This document shows, piece by piece, positions 9,293-19,801 of a stretch of DNA of 64,000 nt. Source of the DNA: a virus. The notes below the pieces were generated by a model. It saw nothing but the letters and a program-made list of their open reading frames with translations, searched no databases and was not told the origin of the DNA. Every line of letters begins with the position of its first letter. Positions within the stretch are counted from its first letter, which is position 1. The DNA is taken from positions 5,993-69,992 of the IMG/VR virus record IMGVR_UViG_3300017963_000266; one strand, 5' to 3'. The translations under genes were made by a program, and so were the position numbers.

Positions 9293-12200
9293 GACGCACC
9301 TCTCATTTGCAAGAACCTTTCAACTTTGTTAATAACTACAGAATGGGATATTTCTGGGGGGGCAATCCAATTGAAACTGCTGCCCGTTGCTGATGTTTGC
9401 ATTGCAAAAAACCATAATCTTTGCTGGGCATTGGCCTGTAAAATGGCCTCGCTAATTGTCCCTGCCCGATAAGTGGCAGTTACTTCATTACTAATTTGGC
9501 GTACCAGGGCCCGGATTGATTCTTTGGGATAGGTGATGCTATCTATATCCAGTAATCTTGGGATGTCATTATTTCTGCCTACATCGGAGTCATCCTCATT
9601 TGCCTTATCAGTTGCATCAATCAACCATTCATCAGCAGGCATTAAAATAAGATCATATAAATATAGGTCTGGTGCCCCAGCTTCAGCAGAAACTTGAATA
9701 TCAATAGTGGTCTGGTCCCCCAGTTCTGTATTCTTTAGGCTGCCTGCCACAGGTAATAAAATCTGCCCGAAGTCTAGTACCTCAAAAGCAGTTGTTGTCT
9801 GAACTTGTTCCATGTCTGTTGTGAATGATATTCCCCCACTGCCAGATGTAATCTTTAGTTGAATATCAAGATTTGATGCTGCCCCGCCTGTTCTTTGCAC
9901 ACGTAAAAAAGCATGAAATATTCCATAAAAATCTTTGGCAATAACAGGATTAAGTGTAACAGTTGCCCGCGTTGCCATACTTTCTGCCCCAGCCCCTGGG
10001 GTATATGACATTCTTCTGCCACTAGGAGCCAGTACGTCATCTGCAAATGAAGTATTAGTTCCTGCTGTAATATCAATTTCAACAGGATTTTGTTCATCAG
10101 ATAAGTTAATATATGACTGAAATTTGCTGCCCCTGCTGGTTGACCTGAGCCCTACAACAACTCTGTTTTCAAATAGGTCTGGGGCTGATCCGTCCCTTCC
10201 ATCAGCATCAGACAAGTTATAAGCTTTTAACTGCATTAGGGCAGGAATGGACCCTCCAACTTGGTTAGAATCTATTTCAGTAAAAGGCAGAATAAGAGTT
10301 AATAAATCCGTATTTCCTTGCTGTGGTTCATTGAACGCGCCTGTTAATGAAGATAATCTTGCCCGCACCCAATAGCCAGTTACACTGTTAACTGCAACAG
10401 TGACCCAGTCTGAAGGTTGTTCCCAATGAACGGTACCATATCCTGGTTTTGAAAAACTGCCTAACCCATCATCTGTATTATCTTGAACTGTTAAGGGGTC
10501 CCATGCTCCGTTATAATACTCCCATGTGAATGCATATGATGTCACCGCGGCTGCTGGGTCAGTAATATAGAAACCCAGCCCAGAAAAAGGTCCAGTATTA
10601 TCAATTGTGGTGTCTATCCCAAAATAGACTGCATCCCCTGTAGCAGCTACAGCTGGGGTCAACAAAAAGGCTGCTGTGACCGGAAACTGATTAGAGCCAA
10701 AGACGCCCCCATCATCTACAAAGATATGGGTCAGCTGTGCCTTATTTTGCCTATTGGTTACATACAACTTTTCTTCTGTAGTCCAACCAAAATCTTGAAT
10801 TGACGCCAACCGATAGACTAAGCCCCCATCCCCTGATGCAGCCTGGGCACCTCCAATGTAATAATCCCCATCCCCGCTTTCTGTCATGGATGTAGGATCA
10901 AAACCGTTTTCATTAATGGTTTCTTCTTTAGTAAAGGTAAGTCCTCCATCAACGCTTCGATAAAGGTACATAGTGCCATTAGCCAAGATTGCCCAGATAT
11001 GCCCATAACTATCTTCAAACATAGCATATCCTAATCCATCAAGATTAGAATACAGCTGCAACCAAGTTATTCCATCATCCGCTGACCGCCACAAATCCCC
11101 CACAATGGACAATGTATAAAAGTTGCCATTTGAGTCTGCTATCATTGGCTGGGCATCATCATAAAAATAACTGGTCCCTAGATTTTTCACCAGGGACCAA
11201 GTTTCACCCCTATCTGTTGATCTATAGAGTCGTTCCCATACCGCACTAACTACATAAGCAATGACAGTATCAGTAGTGGGGGAAATCATTAGGGCAGCAG
11301 CAGTCACAGCCCCCCCAAAATCACTGATCTTGGTCCAATTTGCTCCCTGGTCAGTTGACCTGTAAATATCATCCCCGTTATATATTGTCAATAGGTGACC
11401 GTTTGCAAATTGGACCAGTGGACCACCCCCCACCGCGGTAGATAGAACTGAGAAACTGCTTCCCTGATCAGTACTTCTTAGAATTCTAAACCCATTATCT
11501 TCATCACTTAACAGAATATTGCTATTAGAAATCTTTAGAATATCCCTAATTGAGACACTACCCCCATCTGTCACTGCTGCCCATGTGCTGCCCTTGTCTG
11601 TAGAAATATAACTATCCCCAGACCCTGCAAACAGATTGCTATGGGCAACTAGAATCCGGTCATTACCAATAGCCATAGCCCGATAAGCCCCGCTAGGGGC
11701 AGGCAAATCAGGAACAGCCCCCAAGCTATCATATACCGTCCAACCTTCAGAATAATCCCATTCCTGGCTATTGGTTGCTGTTACACTTTCTCCGGTACCA
11801 GGGGCAGAAGCCAGCCAATGACCATGCTCGATTATTACTGAAAAGTCAGCCATTGACGCCAGCTGTGACGCGCTGGCAAATGGCTGGGCATAAGGATTAT
11901 TTAAGTCAGGTATTGAAAAGTTTTCAATCAGGGCATATCTTATCCCAGTCTCACAACTGGCCTGGCCTCTGATATAGACTGGGGTATCTTGCCAGTCAGC
12001 CAGCCGATAATTTCTACCCAATAACAACAGTTGTATCAGTCTTTCAATCTTGTCAATTGTTTCATCTTGCCCGCGTCCATCAACAACAAAATTGAAAGCG
12101 TCATTAATATTTTCATACTGGGCATATACTAAACTTTGACCAGCAGACATTGCGCTTTCCTGGTATATGCCCCCACCTTTTAAGGCTGCAACTTCAGGAG

Positions 12201-12405
12201 TCCAGCTGACCAGATGAAATCCTGTTGCCTCTTTGGGTAACAGATTGATAGTTGTGGTTCCATCACTGATTTCTAAAATAGCTGGCATGTTACACAATCC
12301 CTTGAATATAAGGGGTAAATAAATAGGTTCCTGGGCCTGGGCAGAACCAGATAGGAATAAAAACAAAACCAGAACCAACAGCAGTCTGGTTGTCTTTGCA
12401 GGCAT
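9289..12405 (-). CDS. Tail (distal tail/baseplate-like) protein with BNR/Asp-box beta-propeller
   Basis: Directly downstream of tape measure; several S-x-D-x-G-x-[TSN]-[WF] Asp-boxes; alternative start at 12288. Confidence 0.7.
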   Translation of the reverse strand: MPAKTTRLLLVLVLFLFLSGSAQAQEPIYLPLIFKGLCNMPAILEISDGTTTINLLPKEATGFHLVSWTPEVAALKGGGIYQESAMSAGQSLVYAQYENINDAFNFVVDGRGQDETIDKIERLIQLLLLGRNYRLADWQDTPVYIRGQASCETGIRYALIENFSIPDLNNPYAQPFASASQLASMADFSVIIEHGHWLASAPGTGESVTATNSQEWDYSEGWTVYDSLGAVPDLPAPSGAYRAMAIGNDRILVAHSNLFAGSGDSYISTDKGSTWAAVTDGGSVSIRDILKISNSNILLSDEDNGFRILRSTDQGSSFSVLSTAVGGGPLVQFANGHLLTIYNGDDIYRSTDQGANWTKISDFGGAVTAAALMISPTTDTVIAYVVSAVWERLYRSTDRGETWSLVKNLGTSYFYDDAQPMIADSNGNFYTLSIVGDLWRSADDGITWLQLYSNLDGLGYAMFEDSYGHIWAILANGTMYLYRSVDGGLTFTKEETINENGFDPTSMTESGDGDYYIGGAQAASGDGGLVYRLASIQDFGWTTEEKLYVTNRQNKAQLTHIFVDDGGVFGSNQFPVTAAFLLTPAVAATGDAVYFGIDTTIDNTGPFSGLGFYITDPAAAVTSYAFTWEYYNGAWDPLTVQDNTDDGLGSFSKPGYGTVHWEQPSDWVTVAVNSVTGYWVRARLSSLTGAFNEPQQGNTDLLTLILPFTEIDSNQVGGSIPALMQLKAYNLSDADGRDGSAPDLFENRVVVGLRSTSRGSKFQSYINLSDEQNPVEIDITAGTNTSFADDVLAPSGRRMSYTPGAGAESMATRATVTLNPVIAKDFYGIFHAFLRVQRTGGAASNLDIQLKITSGSGGISFTTDMEQVQTTTAFEVLDFGQILLPVAGSLKNTELGDQTTIDIQVSAEAGAPDLYLYDLILMPADEWLIDATDKANEDDSDVGRNNDIPRLLDIDSITYPKESIRALVRQISNEVTATYRAGTISEAILQANAQQRLWFFAMQTSATGSSFNWIAPPEISHSVVINKVERFLQMRGAS

Positions 12406-12423
12406 TGTGAATCCTTTCTTGCA

Positions 12424-15400
12424 TTATATTGCCTCTGCAACTGTGCGCCGAATTACATTCTGTAGCTGGGCTACATCCATGCCGTTATTAATGTTACCCA
12501 CATTAACATTAATTTCAATTTCACCTGTTCCGGTTTGGGCCAATCTGCTCAAGACTACATCATCAATACTGGTGCCCCTGGGGGTAATCAACATCTGTTC
12601 ACCAGATTGCACAAACATAGGGCCAAAAGAGTCGCCCGGGAAACCTGGGGGAATTGTTACCCCCAACCCCAGGCCCATAGGATTGCTGCTGAGTTTACCT
12701 AGCAGACCTGAGGCAAAGCCTATCCCTTGCCGAAATCCTATGCCGGTCTGGGCTTCACTGGTAGTCCCCGCATCTTCACTGGCTGTGGCAGCCTCGCGCG
12801 CTGCTTCTGCCATTTTTTTGAATGCCTCTGTCGCATCATCAACCAGATCAATTAGTTTCTTAATCGGTTCATGGGCATCTTGAAAATTTGTCATTTCTTC
12901 AATGGCTTTTTTGGCTGCTGCTGCAACAGCATTCAAACTTGCTACAATCTGTTGCAGCAATGCAATAGTTTGAACCAGGATAGTATTAACATTTGTAAAA
13001 CCAGTAACCATAGCTGCTGTGGTGGTATTTGATGCCTGCAAGATGCCTGGCAACCAGACTGTCATAATGGCTGTTAATTGTTCAATAACCATACCTAGCC
13101 AGGTATAGACTTGATTAATGGTCAGTAGAAATTGTTCAAGGAAAACAGCCATGCTTTCTGGCAATGTTGTGCCAAAAGAAAGACTGATACTTTCCAGACT
13201 GGTCATCACTGTTTCAAGCTGGGTTGCAGTTGCAGACATGTCTGGCAGCTGGGTTGTTTCCTCGCCCCCACCAAACAGGCCACTAAAGATGTTACCCAGG
13301 GTTTCCGGTATGTTGCCGGCCAGGGACAAGATACCGTCAATCAGACCCTGAATAATGTCAAGTCCAAAGCCAAAGAACAAACTGCTGGGCGATGCAATGC
13401 CCAGAAATTCTTTGAATGAATTGATTGCCCCGTTAATGGTTTCAATCAGGAAACTTTCAAGGTTCTGTTGGGCCTCTTGTATTCCCTGGGTAATTCCATC
13501 AATGATATTTTGACCAATGACCTTGGCAATGATTAAGGCATTCTGGCCAATGCCTTTCAAGACATTCCCTAATTCAGCAAAGGTTGCTGGCTCTAATTCA
13601 ATCCCTAACTTTTCTAAGATGCCTGCCAGAATACCTGCTACAATCTGCCCACCTATAACAATTAGTAGTCCCGCCACAGCTGCCACAGCAGCCCCTATAC
13701 CCAGAACGATCTTGCCCAGAACAGCCCTAAATTGTTCCTGGTTCTCTGCAATGAATGCTATACCATCAACCAGGGCTGCCCCGATAGCAACCCCCAGTTG
13801 GGTCAATTGTTCCCCACCAGGCCCAGTCGCCCAGGCTGCTATACCAGCCAGGACCCCGGCCAGGGCAGGGCCAATGTTATCAATAGCCGTATTGACCCAG
13901 TCCCAGAACCTTTCAGCCCAGACAGACAAGGTTGCCTGTATTTCTGGCCAGCTACTGACCAGCCATTCTGTTATGGCAACCGTGATATTGCCCAAAATAG
14001 TGGGCAAATTGGCTATAATCTCATTAACACTGGTTCTGAAACCTTCAGCATTCAAGGCACTGCCAAACAATTCAGATAAGCCACCCCCTTCGGTCAATAC
14101 AGAAATGAATCTGTCAAGGGCAGGCAATATCTGATTGTCCAAGGCATCAAGAATGGGCCCAGAAAATTTTTCAAGAAATTCAATACCGAAACCAATAAGC
14201 CTGTTTACAAAGGGTAGGAATCGAGTCCCTATTTCATCCCCAAAAGCCCGAAAAGTATTTTTAAGTAATTGGACTTGGGACTCAGTTGTGCCATATCTTA
14301 AATCTGCCTCTTTTTGCAAGGCTGTATTTTCCTCAAAAGCCTTATTGGATAGGTCAATAGATTCCCCTAAAAGGTCCCCAGCATTGGCCAGGGACAAAAA
14401 GCCCCTAACCAGCCGTTGATCAGCCAAGCCCAGGTCATCAAGAACATTGGCTGCATTGTCCCCTTCCCTGCCTAATCCTTCAACAAACAGCTGGAAAGCC
14501 TGACTTGCATCCTCTGACCACAACTCTTTAAAGTCATCAGCAGAAACCCCAGCAACCTGGGCAAACTTGGTTAGCTGCCCCGCGTCAACTGGAGTCCCCT
14601 GGGTTGCCCTTAGTTGGGCAGTTTCCTGTTCTAATTCCCTAAGGGCCATGGCAGTGTCAAAGGCTTTCTGTCGAGTCTTGTCTCCCAACTGTCGCCCAAA
14701 TTGTTCTGCTGACCCACCAGCCTGAATAAAAGCATCATACTGTCCCAGAATTTCAGCTTGCAGCCCCGGGGCTGTTGCTTCTAGCCTAGCTGACTCAGCA
14801 TTCAATTTGGACATCTTTTCAACATTGCCTTCAATGGCCTCAGTGTTGTCAACAAATCCTGTAGCAGCCCCGTTGACCGCATTATTCATATTGATTAAAA
14901 CTTTTTGGATCGCGGTACCACCAGCTTCGGCTTCAACACCAACAGACGACATAGCCGCACCAATGCCTAATACATCAGCCTGGGTCAGCCCTGCAATATT
15001 ACCAGCCCCAGCAATTCTTTCTGCAAAGGCTGTAATGTCCCTTTCGGTTGTAGCAAAATTGTTGCCCAGGGCCACAATAGCTGATCCTACCTGCTGGGTA
15101 TTCTGGCCTGCATCTTCACCTGCAACCTGGTAAATATTCTGAAATCTGGCAATGGCTGTGGCAGCCTCTTCTGTGGTCAGATTTGTAGCAACCCCCAATG
15201 CCCCAATAGTTTCTGTAAAGTCAATTAAGGATTCTTTGCCTATCCCCAGCTGTCCCCCCAATTCCCCGATAGCCGCTAATTCCTCAAAGGCAAGAGGCAC
15301 CTCTTTGGAAAGATTGACAAATTCATCCCTTAATTCTTGACCAGTCTGATTCAGTTTTCCTGTCGAGTCCGTTAATCCGTCTGTTGTTTTTAGGACCCCA

Positions 15401-15684
15401 GCAAAGGCAGATTCAAAACTAACTGCTGTATTAATGGACGCGGCCAGACCACCACCCAAAGCCGCAACACCAGCCCCAGCTGCTGCAACACCAGCCAGGG
15501 CAACCCCACCAGCAACAGTCCCCAGCTTGGAAAGGGTCCCACCAGACTTGGTAAATTGACCCTGGGCTTTGCCTGCCGCGCCCCCAGTACTTTGGATTTT
15601 ATCATCCATTTGCTCCAGGCCACGTATAAATCCACCCAGGCCCTTAATCTGGGCATCAACTCCAATGGGTGTAAAATTAGGCAT
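12424..15684 (-). CDS. Tail tape measure protein (TP901-like)
   Basis: FESAFAGVLKT, GSAIVALGNNFATTE, EAGGTAIQK, GIASPS motifs; long helical Ala/Gly-rich protein. Confidence 0.95.
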   Translation of the reverse strand: MPNFTPIGVDAQIKGLGGFIRGLEQMDDKIQSTGGAAGKAQGQFTKSGGTLSKLGTVAGGVALAGVAAAGAGVAALGGGLAASINTAVSFESAFAGVLKTTDGLTDSTGKLNQTGQELRDEFVNLSKEVPLAFEELAAIGELGGQLGIGKESLIDFTETIGALGVATNLTTEEAATAIARFQNIYQVAGEDAGQNTQQVGSAIVALGNNFATTERDITAFAERIAGAGNIAGLTQADVLGIGAAMSSVGVEAEAGGTAIQKVLINMNNAVNGAATGFVDNTEAIEGNVEKMSKLNAESARLEATAPGLQAEILGQYDAFIQAGGSAEQFGRQLGDKTRQKAFDTAMALRELEQETAQLRATQGTPVDAGQLTKFAQVAGVSADDFKELWSEDASQAFQLFVEGLGREGDNAANVLDDLGLADQRLVRGFLSLANAGDLLGESIDLSNKAFEENTALQKEADLRYGTTESQVQLLKNTFRAFGDEIGTRFLPFVNRLIGFGIEFLEKFSGPILDALDNQILPALDRFISVLTEGGGLSELFGSALNAEGFRTSVNEIIANLPTILGNITVAITEWLVSSWPEIQATLSVWAERFWDWVNTAIDNIGPALAGVLAGIAAWATGPGGEQLTQLGVAIGAALVDGIAFIAENQEQFRAVLGKIVLGIGAAVAAVAGLLIVIGGQIVAGILAGILEKLGIELEPATFAELGNVLKGIGQNALIIAKVIGQNIIDGITQGIQEAQQNLESFLIETINGAINSFKEFLGIASPSSLFFGFGLDIIQGLIDGILSLAGNIPETLGNIFSGLFGGGEETTQLPDMSATATQLETVMTSLESISLSFGTTLPESMAVFLEQFLLTINQVYTWLGMVIEQLTAIMTVWLPGILQASNTTTAAMVTGFTNVNTILVQTIALLQQIVASLNAVAAAAKKAIEEMTNFQDAHEPIKKLIDLVDDATEAFKKMAEAAREAATASEDAGTTSEAQTGIGFRQGIGFASGLLGKLSSNPMGLGLGVTIPPGFPGDSFGPMFVQSGEQMLITPRGTSIDDVVLSRLAQTGTGEIEINVNVGNINNGMDVAQLQNVIRRTVAEAI

Positions 15685-15687
15685 TAT

Positions 15688-15979
15688 TTAACCTTTTTTC
15701 TTGGGGGGTTTGATTGATGCATCTTTAGAATGTTTATCAACTAAAGTATGGGCCCTATGCCAGGCAATTAAGGCTGTCTTGAATCTGTTAGAACTATACC
15801 AGACCCCCTGGGGGTTGCCCCCATCAATCAAGTATAATTCTTGCAGTCCTGCCCCAGCTGCAATGGCTGCTTCCCAGATATGGAATCTCAGGTTTGCTGT
15901 TATCCCTGGTGATGGAAAAGCCTTTTTATTTTTAATTGATGCATCGCCAATTGGGATTCCGTGTCTACTGACCCCGAAA
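15688..15979 (-). CDS. Tail assembly chaperone C-terminal extension, reached by frameshift
   Basis: About 96-codon ATG-less frame (+1 relative to 15965..16501) filling the gap to tape measure; TAA at 15688-15690. Confidence 0.7.
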
Positions 15980-16501
15980 GGAATCAGCCGCGCGTTGCAA
16001 TTCCTCCTGTGTCAATCTGGACATCAGGCCCAATTGGGTGACATCATCCATTGTCAGAAAAGCATATCTAACGAACACAAATTCAACTTCTGTGTCATCA
16101 TTCCAGTCAACCCAGGACAAGTCCATGTGCCCGCGCTTTTCATAGAATTTCAATTTCTTAAGCCAGTCATCTGTTTGGGGTAATCCATCCAACAGATTGA
16201 CCCCAAACAAAGACATAGCTTCAATGGCAGCAATGCCACGCTGTCTTTTGGCCTTTTCAATTGCATCAAGATAATGTGGGTCTGATGGGTTTTCAAACTC
16301 TGTCCCTTCAGCCTCGTTGGTGACAATAGGGACTGGGGGCATGTCAATTCTGCTTTCAGCTTCATCAAGGACCCCAATGGGGACAGGAATCAGTTCAGCC
16401 CGAACCCCCCACCTTTCAACAACAATGTTGCCGTTTTCTGATATTTCATGAGCCATGTCAACAGCTGCTGGCTTGCCAGAACGTTTTGCCAAGTTATACA
16501 C
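15965..16501 (-). CDS. Tail assembly chaperone (gpG-like)
   Basis: Sits between putative major tail gene and tape measure; ends TCC TTT CGG GGT CAG TAG. Confidence 0.7.
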   Translation of the reverse strand: MYNLAKRSGKPAAVDMAHEISENGNIVVERWGVRAELIPVPIGVLDEAESRIDMPPVPIVTNEAEGTEFENPSDPHYLDAIEKAKRQRGIAAIEAMSLFGVNLLDGLPQTDDWLKKLKFYEKRGHMDLSWVDWNDDTEVEFVFVRYAFLTMDDVTQLGLMSRLTQEELQRAADSFRGQ

Positions 16502-16616
16502 CTTTCCTTCATCTTTTAATAAGCCTTAGATAGGCTACACAAGGATTAAAATTGATATAGGTATGGCTAAGGACCTAATTTGCCCAGAATCGCCTTAGAA
16601 TCGATCCTGTGACTTA

Positions 16617-18107
16617 TTAGTCTTGCCCGATGATAGCAATTCCATCTGTTGCATCATCTGCCAGGCCTACAGCAGCAATGAAATTGACATCATTGGGGCA
16701 TAAAGCAATAGCGTTGTAGTCGTCAGCAGCTGGTATGGTCGCGGTCCCCTCAGGGGTGTTGACAAAACTGTATCCCCCATCATAAGACCGATAGATTCTA
16801 CCGTTGCCACTGACCACCACAGAAACAGCCATAACTGAATCATTAGCCATTGCAATATCGCTAATGTCTGTGGGGGTAACAGGCAAAGTCTTTTGAGTCC
16901 AAGTTTCCCCCTGATCAAGAGTGTAATATAGGGCTGTGGCAGTTGATACCCACCATTCCTTTTCATTCTTGACCCAGACAGCTGTAAGATTGTTACCTGA
17001 TGGACTGGTGCTGGCTGCTGACCAGCTGGCCCCATCTTCAGTGAACACTACCGCACCAGACTCGCCAACTGCAACCGCAAATTCATCACTAATGGCATGA
17101 ACCTTGGTTAGATTCTGGGCTGTGGCAGCCCCAGCGTCAAGGACAGTCAGCCCCGCTGTAACATCACTGGTGCCGTAAATATAGCCCCCGTCACCCACTA
17201 CAAAGACATAGTTGCCAACTGCCCATGCATCCTTGGGACTGCCAGCTGCAACAATTCCTGTGGTGATTCCAGTCCAGCCGCCAGCCGTGCCAGCCAGAAC
17301 CGTTGCTTTCAGCTTGTAATTCAGCTGGTCATCAGAATGGCTGACTACAACAACATAGTCACCTAAACAAAAAACAGCATCCCCTGTGCTACTGGCCCCC
17401 AGGGTATCAACGTCATCAGCCGCAAAGGTAACCCCCTTGGTTTTGGACCAGACCAGGTCTGGGGCTGTGCCGGGACTGCCCCCAGTTGACCCTGCAACCG
17501 CAAAGATGTTGTCACAGCCGGTGTCTTCATCATCGCAATCCCCACAGCTGACGTTGGAACAGATGACAACATCTTGCATGGGGTTGACAATAACGTCAGC
17601 CGCGCGCTGGGCATAGCTGATAGGCAAGATTTCAAAAAGGTCCCTGCCTGACACATCAGCCGACTCGTCAACCTTGGCGTTTTCATCACTGGCCAGGGCC
17701 CCTAAATCCTCAGCAGACCAATTAGTCAACTTTCCTTTTTCAATAACAATAGCCTTGGTAAATTGGTTGAACAGCCTGGGGTTTGTGCATCGCCCGAAAT
17801 GGACATGAACATCAACATCACATCTTCGTTTTGCGATGTCTAGCAGAATACTGGCAAGATCACTAGCATATCTGCCAGTCAAGGTCAAGGTGGGTCTTTC
17901 AACTGCCCCTTGAATTTCTGCTTTTTCAATAAAAGCCCCATGCTGGTCTGGGTCTGGGCATTCAACCCTTTCCACGTCCCCAAAATTGTATTCTGGGGCA
18001 CCAGCTTTCAGACAGCTTTGAAAGCTTGGTTCATGGTCTGGTCTGGCGCGCCCATCAATGAGAAACACCCTTGAATATGCACTTACTGCCGGTACAAAAT
18101 CAGCCAT
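16617..18107 (-). CDS. Putative major tail (tube) protein with C-terminal Asp-box propeller
   Basis: Synteny upstream of chaperone/TMP; TxDxGxTW and SYDGGYSF repeats. Confidence 0.6.
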   Translation of the reverse strand: MADFVPAVSAYSRVFLIDGRARPDHEPSFQSCLKAGAPEYNFGDVERVECPDPDQHGAFIEKAEIQGAVERPTLTLTGRYASDLASILLDIAKRRCDVDVHVHFGRCTNPRLFNQFTKAIVIEKGKLTNWSAEDLGALASDENAKVDESADVSGRDLFEILPISYAQRAADVIVNPMQDVVICSNVSCGDCDDEDTGCDNIFAVAGSTGGSPGTAPDLVWSKTKGVTFAADDVDTLGASSTGDAVFCLGDYVVVVSHSDDQLNYKLKATVLAGTAGGWTGITTGIVAAGSPKDAWAVGNYVFVVGDGGYIYGTSDVTAGLTVLDAGAATAQNLTKVHAISDEFAVAVGESGAVVFTEDGASWSAASTSPSGNNLTAVWVKNEKEWWVSTATALYYTLDQGETWTQKTLPVTPTDISDIAMANDSVMAVSVVVSGNGRIYRSYDGGYSFVNTPEGTATIPAADDYNAIALCPNDVNFIAAVGLADDATDGIAIIGQD

Positions 18108-18414
18108 TTTTCACGCTCCTATATCTTGATATAATCTCGCGCGTAATTGGACGCGCCGCTTCTGAAACATTGTGAATAGCAGCAACTTTCTTTACAGCTA
18201 CTGTTACCCCATTTTGTTGGGCCTGAATATCTGCCCAAGTAAAAAGTCCTCTGTCAATTAGTTCATTATGAATATCCCTTTCAAATTCAGGCCCTGGGCC
18301 CAGATCAGACAAATCAGGCAACTGCAAAGGCAATCCCCAGTCTGGGTCATCTGTTGGAAACTTAACCAGACTGGCCTGCTTTTTTCCATTTTCACCAATC
18401 CAAGTCTTAATCAT
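18100..18414 (-). CDS. Hypothetical protein
   Basis: 104-aa ORF overlapping the downstream start. Confidence 0.65.
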   Translation of the reverse strand: MIKTWIGENGKKQASLVKFPTDDPDWGLPLQLPDLSDLGPGPEFERDIHNELIDRGLFTWADIQAQQNGVTVAVKKVAAIHNVSEAARPITREIISRYRSVKNG

Positions 18415-18461
18415 TGACTATACCACTATATACCACTATGTACCACATTGACTATACCACT
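18412..18461. repeat. Tandem TACCAC(T) units bracketed by a 16-bp direct repeat CATTGACTATACCACT
   Basis: Direct repeat copies at 18412-18427 and 18446-18461; ~10-bp units between them. Confidence 0.8.
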
Positions 18462-19801
18462 GCCACTTTTGCTTTTATGGGGGCAAGTTTCTTGACCTTG
18501 TTCCATGCCATAACTTCACCGCGCCTGGTTCCAAAAGGATTGCCCAAAAGGTCGTCATCAATAGTAAATCCTATTTCACCCCCAAACTGGGCAAGGTCAG
18601 TTCTAAGATGTTGGGCCAGGGCTGTGACATTCTGGCAACTGCAAAAAGGTCTTTCGATTCTGGCAACTGCCAGATAAGCAATGATTTGTTTCCACCAATT
18701 ACTTAAAGGGTCACAGATCAGGCCCTGTCTTTTTTGATTGTCCCAGAAACCTGCCTGGTAATAAATTTTGACAAAGTCTGGGTCCCTGCAAACAGTCCAG
18801 CTGCTACTTGACCAGGTTGCATTGCTTTCACTATAGGTTGCTGGTTCTGGCACCACAATACCATTTCTGCTGTCCCTGATGTGCAAACATCCATCCTGGG
18901 TTGTCAAGGTGCAAGCTGTGCAACCAGACCCACCACAACCGCAAAGGGCTGCTGTGTAGGCCAAATGTCTATTTTCCGGTTCCCAGTAAAAGGTTGCAGT
19001 TGTAGCAGTAGTGTCATTGTATTCCCTATAGACATCAACTGTAGTGACTATGTTGCTGGCAACTGTCCAGTCAATAGCTGCAAACCCATCTAAAGTTGTT
19101 AGTGCTTCCCATAGGTCTGGGTCAATCAGCTGCCAGGCCCAAAAGGTTGCCGTAAAATTGCCCCCACTAATAGCTTTGGCCTTGGGGTTTCTTATTTCCC
19201 AGTAGGGGTCACCGCTGTGCCCTGCAAAATAAACTTTGACCTGGCATTCATCAGTCAAGGTTGTGGCAATTGTTACGGTTGCGGTTTCATTATACCCATC
19301 CCCATCTTCATCAGACAGGACCACATTAGGAGTCCCTATGCTGGTCACTGCCCTCTGACCTGGGGCAACAATATAGCCAAAATTGGCATTAACTGACTTA
19401 TGGTACCCTCTGACATCATAACCCCCATAGGTGATAACATCAGGCCTGTAATGTCTGGGATATGGGTGGTTTTCCTGGGCAATCCATCTAGGGGCAGGAT
19501 AATACCCAACAACCCTGGCAATGTCCCTTTCAGCATTGGCAATCTCAACAGACAGATCATATCTACTGACTCTATCAGCTGATTGCCAACTATACTTTGG
19601 CCAAAGGTCATTACAGGCATTGTTGCCAATGGGCATGATGTTAGCTGACGCGCTGCCCCAGAAATGGGCAGGGTTGATGCCCATAATTTTGGCAAAGTCG
19701 TCTAGGCTTAGTAAAGTTGGGATTATCCCATCAGTAGCAAAGGTGCCAATGGCACCTCCACCCCCAATGGGGGTCATAGTTCCACTACCGCTGCTAGGCA
19801 T
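18452..19801 (-). CDS. Putative head-tail connector/adaptor, Cys-rich
   Basis: Position between capsid and tail genes; AERDIARVVGY helix and YYQAG motif reminiscent of adaptors. Confidence 0.5.
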   Translation of the reverse strand: MPSSGSGTMTPIGGGGAIGTFATDGIIPTLLSLDDFAKIMGINPAHFWGSASANIMPIGNNACNDLWPKYSWQSADRVSRYDLSVEIANAERDIARVVGYYPAPRWIAQENHPYPRHYRPDVITYGGYDVRGYHKSVNANFGYIVAPGQRAVTSIGTPNVVLSDEDGDGYNETATVTIATTLTDECQVKVYFAGHSGDPYWEIRNPKAKAISGGNFTATFWAWQLIDPDLWEALTTLDGFAAIDWTVASNIVTTVDVYREYNDTTATTATFYWEPENRHLAYTAALCGCGGSGCTACTLTTQDGCLHIRDSRNGIVVPEPATYSESNATWSSSSWTVCRDPDFVKIYYQAGFWDNQKRQGLICDPLSNWWKQIIAYLAVARIERPFCSCQNVTALAQHLRTDLAQFGGEIGFTIDDDLLGNPFGTRRGEVMAWNKVKKLAPIKAKVAVV

